Below, piece by piece: positions 1 through 9,883 of a DNA stretch of 64,000 nt. The position numbers and the translations under genes were made by a program. The stretch comes from an uncultured Pseudomonadota bacterium. Its GTDB lineage: Bacteria; Pseudomonadota; Alphaproteobacteria; JACZXZ01. Position 1 is the first letter of the stretch. Every line of letters begins with the position of its first letter. The notes below the pieces were generated by a model. That model made no database searches, was not told the DNA's origin, and was given only the letters and a program-made list of their open reading frames with translations. The stretch spans positions 160,001-224,000 of the forward strand of contig CAVVLJ010000016.1 in assembly GCA_963749075.1 (NCBI GenBank), in the 5' to 3' direction.

Positions 1-2
1 GC

Positions 3-350
3 GGCACCGCGCACGGCGCCCGCATCACAGAGGCCGGCATGGAGATGGGCGGCAAGTCCGGCACCTCCCAGGTGCGCCGCATCACCCTCGCCGAGCGCGA
101 GCACAAGAAGCGCGGCCCCGAGGACCGCCCGTGGCGGGAGCGGGACAATGCGCTCTTCATCGCCTTCGCACCGGTGCTGGCGCCGCGCTACGTGTGCTCG
201 GTGGTGATCGAGCACTCGGGACGCGGCGGTGCCGCGGCAGCAGCACCCATCGCGCACGATCTCCTCATCGAGGCGCAGACGCGCGATCCGCTGCGCCGCC
301 GGCCGGGCGAGCCCGTGGCCGGGCGCGGCAAGGACGAGGTCCCGGGCTGA
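3..350 (+). CDS. mrdA: Penicillin-binding protein 2, C-terminal part (5' end outside window)
   Basis: Frame is open from base 3 (GTAHGARITEAGMEMGGKSGTSQV...DNALFIAFAP...VVIEH), with a KSG/KTG-type transpeptidase motif; its TGA overlaps the rodA ATG. Confidence 0.9.
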   Translation, partial: GTAHGARITEAGMEMGGKSGTSQVRRITLAEREHKKRGPEDRPWRERDNALFIAFAPVLAPRYVCSVVIEHSGRGGAAAAAPIAHDLLIEAQTRDPLRRRPGEPVAGRGKDEVPG

Positions 351-1504
351 TGGCGACGTTCGGCCACATCCGGCGCGAAGTGCGCATGACGCTTGGCGAG
401 AAGCTCTGGCAGGTGAACTGGAGCCTGCTGCTCCTGGTGGCCGCGATCTGCGGCATCGGCTTCGCCATGCTCTATTCGGCGGCGAACGGCCATTGGCAGC
501 CCTGGGCGGCGCGCCAGATGATGCGCTTCGGCATCGGCCTTGTCCTCATGCTCGGTGCCGCACTCGTCGACATCCGCCATTGGATGCGCCTCGCCTATCC
601 GATCTATTTCGTGGCCCTCGGGCTGCTCGGCGCGGTCGACGTGGTGGGCGCCGACGCCATGGGGGCGCAGCGCTGGCTCGACCTCAGGGTCATCCAGCTG
701 CAGCCCTCCGAGATCATGAAGGTGGCCATGGTGCTGGCGCTCGCGCGCTATTTCCACGGCATCGGGCCGGAGCAGATCGGGCGCATCTGGGTGGTCTTTG
801 CCCCGCTCCTCATCGTCATCGCCCCGGTGCTGCTCGTGCTCAAGCAGCCGGACCTCGGCACCGCCATCATGCTGCTGGCGAGCGGGGGCGCCATCTTCTT
901 CCTGGCCGGCGTGCGCCTGTGGAAGTTCGCCGCCGTGCTGGCCGCGGGCCTCGGCGCGGTGCCGCTCGCTTGGCATTTCCTCCACGGCTATCAGAAGGCG
1001 CGCATCCTCACCTTCCTCGACCCGGAGCGCGACCCGCTCGGCACCGGCTACCACATCCTGCAGTCCAAGATCGCCCTCGGCTCGGGCGGCATTCTCGGCA
1101 AGGGCTTCCTCGAGGGCACCCAGAGCCACCTCAATTTCTTGCCCGAGAAGCAGACCGACTTCATCTTCACCATGCTGGCCGAGGAGTTCGGCATCATCGG
1201 CGGCCTGGCGCTCCTGAGCCTCTATGCCCTCCTCATCGTCTATGGCATCGCGGTGGCGCTCTCCTGCCGCAACCAGTTCGGCCGCCTGCTCGCCATGGGC
1301 ATCACCGTCACCTTCTTCCTCTATATCTTCGTCAACATCGCGATGGTGATGGGGCTCATCCCGGTGGTGGGCGTGCCGCTGCCGCTCATCTCCTACGGCG
1401 GCACGGCGCTGCTCTCCATCCTCTACGGCCTGGGGCTGGTCATCTGCGTCTACGTGCACCGCGACGTGCGCATCGGCCGCCGCGGCGTCGAGGGCGGACT
1501 CTGA
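350..1504 (+). CDS. rodA: Rod shape-determining SEDS protein RodA
   Basis: GAQRW, IQLQPSEIMK, QPDLGT, LPEKQTDFIF and PLISYGG SEDS motifs; ATG at 350 overlaps the mrdA stop. Confidence 0.96.
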   Translation: MATFGHIRREVRMTLGEKLWQVNWSLLLLVAAICGIGFAMLYSAANGHWQPWAARQMMRFGIGLVLMLGAALVDIRHWMRLAYPIYFVALGLLGAVDVVGADAMGAQRWLDLRVIQLQPSEIMKVAMVLALARYFHGIGPEQIGRIWVVFAPLLIVIAPVLLVLKQPDLGTAIMLLASGGAIFFLAGVRLWKFAAVLAAGLGAVPLAWHFLHGYQKARILTFLDPERDPLGTGYHILQSKIALGSGGILGKGFLEGTQSHLNFLPEKQTDFIFTMLAEEFGIIGGLALLSLYALLIVYGIAVALSCRNQFGRLLAMGITVTFFLYIFVNIAMVMGLIPVVGVPLPLISYGGTALLSILYGLGLVICVYVHRDVRIGRRGVEGGL

Positions 1505-1540
1505 GGGGCGGCGCTGCGCATCGGCTTCGGCCGAGCCCTA

Positions 1541-1569
1541 TCGACAAGCCCGGATGCCTTTGCTATACC
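1541..1569 (+). promoter_or_regulatory. Probable sigma70 promoter of tRNA-Lys
   Basis: TCGACA-N17-TATACC with an extended TGn, about 20 nt upstream of the tRNA. Confidence 0.55.
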
Positions 1570-1589
1570 CGCTGCCTCCCGTCCCCGGG

Positions 1590-1665
<76 letters not shown>

Positions 1666-1713
1666 CGGCGAAAATGGGCGACAGCGTCCCGCCGCATTGT
1701 CAGTCCGCCGATT

Positions 1714-2502
1714 TCACCGCTTGCGCCAGACCGCCGCGCGCAGCGCCGGCACCTTGCCGATCTCGGTCAGGTCCTGCTTGAGCTGCGCCAGGCCGAAACC
1801 GGCCGGCGTCTTGTTCTTGGCGAGGAAATCGTCGCTGAGCACGGCGAACGCCTCGTCGGCATAATCGACGTAGAACTGCCAGCTCATGGATTTGATCATG
1901 CCCCAGGTGACGACGTAGAGATTGCGGCTGTCGTAGGCCACCGCGTTGATGCAGTGGCCGGCCTGAGGATCGGGTGCGGCATCGCCGACGGGGCCTTGCG
2001 GGGGCACCACCCACGGCACGGTCGCGATGTCGGGCGAGCTCACCGCGAATTTCGGCAGCTCGACGCCGATATAGCAGCCGCCGAAAATCGCGACGGCGTC
2101 CTTCACTTCATTGACGTTGCGCGGCTCGAGCTGCGCGAAGGCGGAGATCTTGTCGCCGCCCAATCCGCTCGAGCGCCAATATTTGAGAACGCTCAGCATG
2201 TCGCAGCCGTTGTCCGGCCCGGGCGTGGTAAAATGCTCGTAGAATCTCAGGATCTGAGCGTTGGTCGGCGACTTCTCCTTGGCCGCCGCAGCGCTCCAAT
2301 TCTCGATCATGTGCCCGGCGGCGGCGCAGGTGCAGTCGCCATACTTGTCGTTGAGATACATGGGCCAGGACGAGACGTTCTTGCCCCAATCGACCGCTGC
2401 CGGCGGCGCCGGCAACTTCGCGCTCAGATACGCGCCAAAGCGCAAGGTCCGGCTGTCGAACACGGCCGGCTTCTTGCCAAGCCGGTACTGGGTCTGCGCC
2501 AT
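1714..2502 (-). CDS. Papain-like (C1-related) cysteine peptidase-fold protein
   Basis: VDW...NDKYGDCTCAAAGH (candidate catalytic Cys), GHCINAVAYD (His) and VVTWG in place of NSWG; no obvious signal peptide. Confidence 0.65.
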   Translation of the reverse strand: MAQTQYRLGKKPAVFDSRTLRFGAYLSAKLPAPPAAVDWGKNVSSWPMYLNDKYGDCTCAAAGHMIENWSAAAAKEKSPTNAQILRFYEHFTTPGPDNGCDMLSVLKYWRSSGLGGDKISAFAQLEPRNVNEVKDAVAIFGGCYIGVELPKFAVSSPDIATVPWVVPPQGPVGDAAPDPQAGHCINAVAYDSRNLYVVTWGMIKSMSWQFYVDYADEAFAVLSDDFLAKNKTPAGFGLAQLKQDLTEIGKVPALRAAVWRKR

Positions 2503-2517
2503 GGCGATGCTCCCTTG

Positions 2518-3657
2518 CTAATGTCTTGCGGCTTTCTTCCCGGCCGCCGCGCCCTTCGCCGAGCCCTTGTTGATCGCCGCGTCGACCACCGCCCAGCTCG
2601 CGATGGCGCTCGCCGCGGTGGTGAAGGCGCCGTATTTGGAATAGATCTCGCCGGCCTGCTGCTTCGCCGCCTTGATGTTCCCCGAGGGATCGGGAATCTG
2701 CGGGTCCGAGGCGTTGCGGATGGCATAGAAGCTGAGACCGGAAATTCCCTGCAACGCGTCGGCGACCATCGCGTCGCCCATGTCGCAAGCCTGGCCCTGA
2801 CCCTGCAGCTTGTAATAGTCGCTCGAATCGTCGAAGCCGAAAAAGTCGGTGGTCACGATCGCGGTCTGGCCGCCGGACCAGAACTTGGGCGTCTTGCGCG
2901 CGCCGACGATGCGGGCAGCATTGACGCGGGTCAAGTCCGGGCTGATCGCGGCAAGCGCGCCGCTCGGCAGCGCGGCGGTGCGGTAGGCGGACTTGGCCCA
3001 GCTCGTGCTCTTGAATTGAGTGACGCAATGGAATTTGACCTGCGCGGCAATGACGACGTCGCCGAGGGCGACCTGCTTGCCGATGCCGCCGCCGGTTCCG
3101 GTGGTGATGAAGATCTTGGGCCGAACGGCTGCGGCCAATTCCGCCATCAGCTTGCGCACCGGGATATGCGGCCCGTCGTAATCGAGATGCAGCCCCGATT
3201 TGAACAACAGCACGCGGGCCTTGCCGATCGTGCAGGGAAAGTAGAGGCCGAGACTGTGGTAATAGCGCGCCATGTCCGACTGTTTGTCGTTGAACGGCGC
3301 GGTGCCGCCGGTCACGAGCGGGATGTAGGCCTCGACGCCGTGGCGATATTCGTACCAGCGCGACGGCAGGTAGTCCGGCACCAGCATCGCCGCGAGTGCC
3401 GCCGCCTCGGCGGACGTCCAGGTCACGATGATCGCGTCATAGCCCTTGAACTTGGTGAGGTCGTCGCTCTCGGCCGGCGCCTTGGCAAGCGGTGCCGCAA
3501 TGGGCTTCGACGCTTCGGGCCAAGGCACCGTGCTCGGCAGCCGTCCGCTCGAGCTCTTGAGAGCGGCTTCGTAGCCGGCGGCACGGAAGCGCTCTTGCGG
3601 GAATTCGGGATCGTAATTGAGACGGAGATCCTCGATCTCGTCGATGCGGTTTGGCAT
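2518..3657 (-). CDS. Divergent purine/uridine nucleoside phosphorylase (PNP_UDP_1)-fold protein
   Basis: AIIVTWTSAEAAAL, ITTGTGGGIG..VALGDVVIA, IVTTDFF, CDMGDA (cf. EMESA) and IRNASD (cf. IRGISD); GAGGAGG RBS upstream. Confidence 0.7.
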   Translation of the reverse strand: MPNRIDEIEDLRLNYDPEFPQERFRAAGYEAALKSSSGRLPSTVPWPEASKPIAAPLAKAPAESDDLTKFKGYDAIIVTWTSAEAAALAAMLVPDYLPSRWYEYRHGVEAYIPLVTGGTAPFNDKQSDMARYYHSLGLYFPCTIGKARVLLFKSGLHLDYDGPHIPVRKLMAELAAAVRPKIFITTGTGGGIGKQVALGDVVIAAQVKFHCVTQFKSTSWAKSAYRTAALPSGALAAISPDLTRVNAARIVGARKTPKFWSGGQTAIVTTDFFGFDDSSDYYKLQGQGQACDMGDAMVADALQGISGLSFYAIRNASDPQIPDPSGNIKAAKQQAGEIYSKYGAFTTAASAIASWAVVDAAINKGSAKGAAAGKKAARH

Positions 3658-4033
3658 AAAGCCTCCTCATGCAGCTAGGGTGCTGGCATCGAGTGCAACC
3701 GATCGAACCGAAATCCCCCTGAAGTGCCTTTATTTTGCAACTGAGGATATACCTGGACGCAGATCGCCGCAACCACAAATCAGCTCTTCCCGTATGGGCG
3801 CGCCATTCGGTGGCCCGCGGAGAGAGTTCTGCCACAAGAATCAATGGATTGGAGGCTGTCCGCGCAGCTCAGCCGGAGCGCGGCAGCGCGGGGATGCCGT
3901 CCCGGATCGAGGACCGGGCGCCGGTTCGGACGGCCCCGCCACCGCGGACCGGACGCGGACTGCCGCGAGTGCATGATTGCCGTCCGCGGCTCCTTGCGCG
4001 CTTGGCCGTCGTCTCAGAGGAGCTCTTGCGGAC

Positions 4034-5034
4034 ACGTCGCCGCGCATCATCGAGGCAACCGCCGCGAGCGGAAATGCGGATACGATCGTGGCCGCGACCG
4101 AGAAGCATTCCGCGATCGACGTATGGCGTGGATCGGATGCCGCCGACGGCCGGACGACGGTGCGCATGCTGGTTGCTGCGCATCAGGTGCAGCCCCTCAT
4201 GGACACCCTGCAGAAAGCGCTCGGCGGCGACGAAGGACACCGGATTGTTCTCCTGTCGGCGCTGGCGGCCTTGCCCGACGTCGACGACCAGGCGGATCAC
4301 GACCGCGAGAGGGAGAAAGCGCAATCGGCTTCGCGCGGGGAATTGTACAACGAGGTGGTGCAGGGCGCGCGGATCGACCGCACGTTTCTCCTGCTCGCTT
4401 TTCTCTCGACGCTCGTTGCCGGGATCGGCCCGGTCGGCGACAACGTGGCGGTGATCATCGGCGCCATGGTCATCGCGCCGCTGCTCGGCCCAATCCGGCG
4501 TTTTCCTTTGCGGTTGCGCTGGGCGATCGCCTGCTCATGGCGCGCGCATTGCGCGCGAATCTCGCCGGCCTGGCGTTGACCATCGGGGTCGCCATCGCCG
4601 CCGGCTTCGGCCTGCACCTCGATCTGACGAGCCACGAGCTCATCGTGCGGACGCGGGTGTCGTACGACGGCATCATTCTGGCGCTGGCCTCGGGAGCGGC
4701 GGCAGCGCTGTCGTTGGTATCGGGTCTCTCCAGCGCCCTGGTCGGCGTGATGGTGGCCGTGGCGCTGCTGCCGCCGGCTGCGACGCTGGGCCTCATGCTC
4801 GGCGCCGGAGCATTCGGGCATGCGGCCGGTGCGGCGACGCTTCTCGGCGCCAATCTGATTTGCGTCAAACCGGCCGCCCAGCTCGTCCTCCTCGGCCGAG
4901 GCGTGCAGCCGAGAACATGGCTGCAGAAAAAGGCGGCCCAACAATCGCTGGAGTTGAGCATCGCGCTTTGGGCAGTCCTTCTCGCCATGCTCCTTGGCAT
5001 CATTTACGCGGAGCACGTCAGAACGGCGGGCTGA
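4034..5034 (+). pseudogene. TIGR00341/DUF389 family membrane protein, frameshifted, start codon apparently ACG
   Basis: DNVAVIIGAMVIAPLLGP in one frame continues as NPAFSFAVALGD...LVGVMVAVALLPPAA in another (shift about 4489-4491, in a C-run); GAGGAG is followed by an in-frame ACG at 4034. Confidence 0.75.
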
Positions 5035-5110
5035 AGATGAGCGGGCAGCCTAGACGGGCATTTCGTCCGCGGGAAACGCCGGCGCCGCGCCCTGCCTCGC
5101 GCCGGCGCGG

Positions 5111-6817
5111 CTATCGCGGCTGCTTGGCGTCGCCGGTCGGCCGCGGTCCGCAGCCGCGGATGGCCTCCTCGACCGAGAGGAACATGTGGTCGGCGCCGAG
5201 CGCGTCGGTCAGGCCGGTCCGGGCGGCGGCCGCTTGCGCGCGTCCTGACTCCAGCCGCGCCATCGCAACGTCGATGTCGCGCCGGCGCAGCTCGCCTATG
5301 GCCTGCTGCAGCATCTGGGAGCCGGTGAAGTCGACGTCCAGCACGCCGTTCGCCTCGATCACCACGAGCCGGCACGGCGGCGCCGTCGCGGCGACGGCAT
5401 CCATCAGCTTGCCGAGCAGGTAATTGGCGTTGATGAAATTGATCGGCGCCCCGAGCGCGAACACCAGGACGCCCGGCTCGTGCTCGCCGGCCTCGCCCTT
5501 GCCGAGCGTCCACCAGATGGTGGTGCCCGGAACGCGCGCCAGCTCGGTAGAGTGCGGCCGGGCGATGATATAGATGCTGTGCAGCAGCGACAGCACGATG
5601 CTCATGCTCACGCCGGTGTCGATCGGCAATATGACGACTAGTGCGGCGCTCGCGACGACCAGCAGAATCTCCCGCCGGCTCCGTCGGTAGATGCGCCGCA
5701 TTACGCGGACGCGGAAGATGCGCACGCCGATGAAGACCAGCACGCCGCTCAGCGCCGCTTGCGGGACGAAGGCGAAGGCGCCCGCCGCGACCAGCACGAG
5801 TGCCGCGGCGAACGCGACCGCCAGCAGGCTGGAGAGTTGCGACCGCCCGCCGGACTCGGCCACGATGGCCGTCCGCGGCGGGCTGGAATTCACTGCAAAT
5901 GCGCCAAGCAGGGCCGCCAGGATGCTGCCGGCGCCGACCGCGGCGAAGTCGCGGCTGGCATTCTCCCGCCGGCCCGGGTCGGAGGGAAACGATTGCAGCA
6001 CCGCTGCGGTCTGCATCATGCAGACCAGAGCCACGATGAGCGACAGCGGCAGCAGGCGCGTGAACTCGCTCCAGCTGGGCAAGGCGAGCGTCATGGCCGG
6101 GGCTGCTATGGGCAGCGCGCCCAGCACCGAGACGCCGTGGCGTGCCAGCTCCAGCTGCCAGACGGCGAGGCCGCTCGCCGCGAGGCCGATCAGCGCGCCG
6201 GGAATGCGCTCGTTGAGCCGCCCGGCCAGCAGGCTCACGGCGAGCACACCCAGCGTGATCGCGACCGGGTAGGGATTGGCGCGCGGCAGCTCCCGCACGA
6301 TCTCGGCCAGCCGGTGTATCAGATCGCCCGGCGGCGCGCCGATGCCGAGGACCGTGGGCAGTTGGCCGACGATGATATGGACCGAGATGCCGGCGAGAAA
6401 TCCGGTGGTCACCGGGATGGACAACAGATCGGCGATCCAGCCCAGGCGCAACGGACTCGTGAGCAGCAGGACTACGCCGACCAAGAGCGCCAGCACCGCG
6501 GCACTGCCCCCATAGGCCGGGGTACCGGCGGCGGCGATGCTCGCCAAGGCGGCGGCCATGATGGGTGCTATGGTCGAGTCCGCCCCGACCGACATGACGC
6601 GGTTGGCGCCCAGGGCCGCAAATGCGAGGGAGCCCGCCGCGAAGGCGAACAACCCGCTCATCGGCGGCATGCCGACGAGCCGCGCCGTCGCCAGCTGCTC
6701 GGGGATGGCGATCGCCGCGAGCGTCAACGCGGCGACGGCGTCGCCCGGCAGCCAGGACGCGCTGAACCCGCTGAGGGAGGCGAACAGCCAGCCGGGCCGA
6801 GCGGCCGGGCTAGCCAT
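5111..6817 (-). CDS. SulP/SLC26 family anion transporter with STAS domain
   Basis: GDAVAALTLAAIAIPEQLATARLVGMPP motif, multiple TM segments, C-terminal STAS (APINFINAN...DVDFTG); start overlaps the ppk2 stop. Confidence 0.92.
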   Translation of the reverse strand: MASPAARPGWLFASLSGFSASWLPGDAVAALTLAAIAIPEQLATARLVGMPPMSGLFAFAAGSLAFAALGANRVMSVGADSTIAPIMAAALASIAAAGTPAYGGSAAVLALLVGVVLLLTSPLRLGWIADLLSIPVTTGFLAGISVHIIVGQLPTVLGIGAPPGDLIHRLAEIVRELPRANPYPVAITLGVLAVSLLAGRLNERIPGALIGLAASGLAVWQLELARHGVSVLGALPIAAPAMTLALPSWSEFTRLLPLSLIVALVCMMQTAAVLQSFPSDPGRRENASRDFAAVGAGSILAALLGAFAVNSSPPRTAIVAESGGRSQLSSLLAVAFAAALVLVAAGAFAFVPQAALSGVLVFIGVRIFRVRVMRRIYRRSRREILLVVASAALVVILPIDTGVSMSIVLSLLHSIYIIARPHSTELARVPGTTIWWTLGKGEAGEHEPGVLVFALGAPINFINANYLLGKLMDAVAATAPPCRLVVIEANGVLDVDFTGSQMLQQAIGELRRRDIDVAMARLESGRAQAAAARTGLTDALGADHMFLSVEEAIRGCGPRPTGDAKQPR

Positions 6818-7700
6818 GGTGCCGGCCGGATTTGCTCCGTCCCGTGCCCTCGCGGCGCTCGGCCTTCCGCTCCGCCATCTCGTCGGCGTGGTATTTGCGG
6901 CGGATGTCCGCGATGTCGACGTGGGCGGGCGGCAGCTGCAATCCCATCTCGTCCATGGTTTCGGTGATGATCTGCGAGATCGCAAGGTTGCGAGACCATT
7001 TATGGTTCGCCGGAACGACGTACCACGGCGCCCGCTTCGTGCTCGTCAGCGCCAGCACGTCCTCGTAGGCCTCGACGTATTGCGGCCACAGCTCGCGCTC
7101 CGAATAGTCGCTCTCGCTGATTTTCCAATGCCGCGTCTTGTCGTCGAGCCTCTGCTTGAAGCGCTCGAGCTGCTCCTCGGGGCTGATATGAAGATAGAAC
7201 TTCAGGATGCGCGTGCCGTTCTCTGCGAGCATCTTCTCGAAATCGTTGATGAGGTCGTAGCGCTTCGACCACAGGTGCCGCGGTGCCAGATGATGCACGC
7301 GCACGACGAGGACGTCCTCGTAATACGAGCGGTTGAAGATCACCACCTGGCCCTTGCCCGGCGCTGCCATGTGCGCGCGCCAGAGGAAATCGTGGTCGAG
7401 CTCGGGCTTGGTGGGCTGCTTGAAGCAGAAGACGGACGTCCCTTGCGGGTTCATGCCGCTGAAGAGGTGCCGGATCACGCCGTCCTTGCCGGCGGCGTCG
7501 AGCGCCTGCAGCACGACGAGAAGCGACTGATTGCCGTCCGCGTATAGGAGATACTGCAACTGATCCATGCGCTCGACGTGTCGGCGGATCTCCGGCTCGG
7601 CCTTGCCATGCGACTTGTGCTTGCCCGTGTAGGACGGATCGATCTTCGCCAGGCGCACCTTCTCGCCGGGCTCGACGATGAATTTCTTGCGGTAGTCCAT
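6810..7700 (-). CDS. ppk2: Polyphosphate kinase 2 family polyphosphate:nucleotide phosphotransferase
   Basis: LQALDAAGKDG Walker A, FKQP, HDFLWR, FNRSYYEDVL, PWYVVPANHKW. Confidence 0.93.
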   Translation of the reverse strand: MDYRKKFIVEPGEKVRLAKIDPSYTGKHKSHGKAEPEIRRHVERMDQLQYLLYADGNQSLLVVLQALDAAGKDGVIRHLFSGMNPQGTSVFCFKQPTKPELDHDFLWRAHMAAPGKGQVVIFNRSYYEDVLVVRVHHLAPRHLWSKRYDLINDFEKMLAENGTRILKFYLHISPEEQLERFKQRLDDKTRHWKISESDYSERELWPQYVEAYEDVLALTSTKRAPWYVVPANHKWSRNLAISQIITETMDEMGLQLPPAHVDIADIRRKYHADEMAERKAERREGTGRSKSGRHHG

Positions 7701-7816
7701 GCGCCGTTTCCTCCCAAGGGCCGCTTGCGCCTGCCGGCAACGCCGGACGCCGCAGCGGCGGCCGCTTCGTCACCGCGCCGCTCCTCGCATCGGCGTGCGC
7801 GGCACCGGCTCGGGAC

Positions 7817-8065
7817 TCACGCGTTCCCGATCGCATACAAGCAGAGAATTGCGACCAACATCAATAGCATGGCGATCGCACAACTGAAGACCAGCGCCAG
7901 GATGCGCAGCAGCGCCCAGCGTGCGAAGACGAAGCGCGGCGGCACGTAACGCTGCACCAGCAGCCCAATGCGGCGGCCGGCGAAACGCTCCGACGCGATC
8001 CACAGCACGGCCACGATCACCGTCAACGAATAGGTGGCCCAGCCCGGGAAATCGCCGTGCGTCAT
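7817..8065 (-). CDS. Small hypothetical membrane protein (2 TM)
   Basis: 82 aa ORF with two hydrophobic stretches; no family recognised. Confidence 0.4.
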   Translation of the reverse strand: MTHGDFPGWATYSLTVIVAVLWIASERFAGRRIGLLVQRYVPPRFVFARWALLRILALVFSCAIAMLLMLVAILCLYAIGNA

Positions 8066-8752
8066 CGCTCCGACATCGCCGGGCGACCGGCTGCCCGGGC
8101 AGCGGGGTGCAAAGTGCGGGAACCGCCGGCGAGGCCGGCGGGAAGAGGCGGGCAGGCGTGCTCTTCGGTGCCATCCCTAGCATGCCCTCGAGCGGGCGCC
8201 GACCGTCATGGGCCAGGCGGCAGCCCCGCGCCCCGCGGGCGGCCACCGTGGCACACTCAACCACAGCCGCCAATCCGTTGTCGAATGCCGCTTGCGGCTC
8301 GGGTCGCGGGCCGGACTTCCACGATTTCATGCCGCAGGGCTCATCGCCGGAAGCATTTTCCGATCGGATCAGGACATCCTGCAAAGCGGGCGGATTTGAT
8401 CCACGTGATTCGCCAATTGGCGCAGTTTTGCATAATATGCGACAAGTTTGCTCGCATCAGTCGGAGCCGATTGTGGGAGCGGTCTTCGCCGACAGTCTTG
8501 CGAAGAGAGCTGCGCTGTCCTCGCCATGAGCCCAAGGGCGGCCAAGGACGGCACGGCGCGCCAGCCGGTCCAACGGGCGCTCCAGGACAGGCTGCGCCTG
8601 TTCGAGCTGTTGATAGGGACGGTCCCGCGCCCGATCTTCGACGGTCGTTGGCCGGGTTGCGTGACAAACGGCCGATCGAGGCCAGCGCCAAGATGGTGAG
8701 CCATCGCGGATTTCGAATGCAACGGCGAACGGCTGGAGAGCATGGGAATTCC

Positions 8753-9706
8753 ATGGCGAGCGAGCCGACGACTGCCCAGCTGGCCGAATTTCAGCGCGCA
8801 AAGCAGGCGCTGGAAGACAAGCTCGAATTCATCGAGCAACTTATCGAGGCAATTCCGTGCCCCGTCTTCTATAAGGACGAGAAGGGACGATATCTGGGCT
8901 GCAACCGGGCCTATGCGAAGCTTGCCGGCATGGGGCGCGAAGAGTTGATAGGAAAGACGGCCTACGATATCTGGCCCAAGGACGCGGCCGACAAAATCCA
9001 GGCGATCGACGAAGAATTGCTGAAAAATCCTGGCATCCATGAGAGCCGGGAATACGAGTCCTCGAGAAGAGCGGCGGATGGCACGTCATACGACATGCTG
9101 ATGCGCAAGACCACCTTTCTCAAGCGGGATGGCAGCATCGGCGGCATTCTCGGAACGATGTGGGACATTACCGAGAAGAAGCTCGTGGAGAGGATGCTGC
9201 GCGAGCAGGCGCTGCGCGATCCGCTGACCTCCCTCTATAACCGCCGCTACCTGGATGAGATATTGGAAAGCGAGTTTTCCCGCGCGGCGCGGAACCGGTC
9301 GTCGATCGGAGTCGTCATGGCCGACATCGATCGCTTCAAGCGCGTCAACGACACCCTTGGGCACGATTGCGGCGACGAAGTCTTGCGCACCCTAGCTCAA
9401 TTTCTCCGCGAGCAACTGCGCAAGAGCGACATCGTGTGCCGCTACGGCGGAGAGGAGTTCACCATCGTGATGCCGGGCGCCAACTTGCAGGAGGCACATC
9501 GACGCACGCTCGGCATTTGCAAGGCGATTCGCGATCTTGAGATTTCCTGTGGCGGGCGAGTGCTCGGCCCCGTCACGGTGTCATTTGGCGTCGCCGTCTA
9601 CCCGCAGCACGGCGACGTACCGGCCGGCGTTCTCAAGGCTGCGGACGCCGCCCTTTTGCGCGCTAAGATGGCGGGGCGGGATCAAGTGGTTGTCGCTGGG
9701 CAGTAA
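8753..9706 (+). CDS. PAS-domain diguanylate cyclase
   Basis: PAS (IPCPVFYKDEKGRYLGCN...WDITEKK), DPLTSLYNRR, RKSD I-site and GGEEF; ATG 8753 follows GGAGAG. Confidence 0.93.
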   Translation: MASEPTTAQLAEFQRAKQALEDKLEFIEQLIEAIPCPVFYKDEKGRYLGCNRAYAKLAGMGREELIGKTAYDIWPKDAADKIQAIDEELLKNPGIHESREYESSRRAADGTSYDMLMRKTTFLKRDGSIGGILGTMWDITEKKLVERMLREQALRDPLTSLYNRRYLDEILESEFSRAARNRSSIGVVMADIDRFKRVNDTLGHDCGDEVLRTLAQFLREQLRKSDIVCRYGGEEFTIVMPGANLQEAHRRTLGICKAIRDLEISCGGRVLGPVTVSFGVAVYPQHGDVPAGVLKAADAALLRAKMAGRDQVVVAGQ

Positions 9707-9883
9707 CGCATATCGCGGCGCACGGTAACCGGCGGCTCGTCCTTCGGCCGCCCGGCCGCCGCCCGGCCGCCGCCCCTGCCGCGCGCTGCGCGCCTTCCGC
9801 CCGCGGCAAGGCGTCCGCGCCGGGGTGCGCAGGTTGACTTGGGTCAATTGCGCCATTGACGCCAAGGCGTTAAGACTCGCGCT

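Noticed and set aside
5111-7700. Overlapping ppk2-sulP pair as a novel system
   Set aside because: Both are ordinary families with intact motifs; nothing beyond adjacency supports novelty.
8417-8432. TTGGCGCAGTTTTGCA resembling a sigma54 promoter
   Set aside because: GG-to-GC spacing is 9 nt instead of the required 10.
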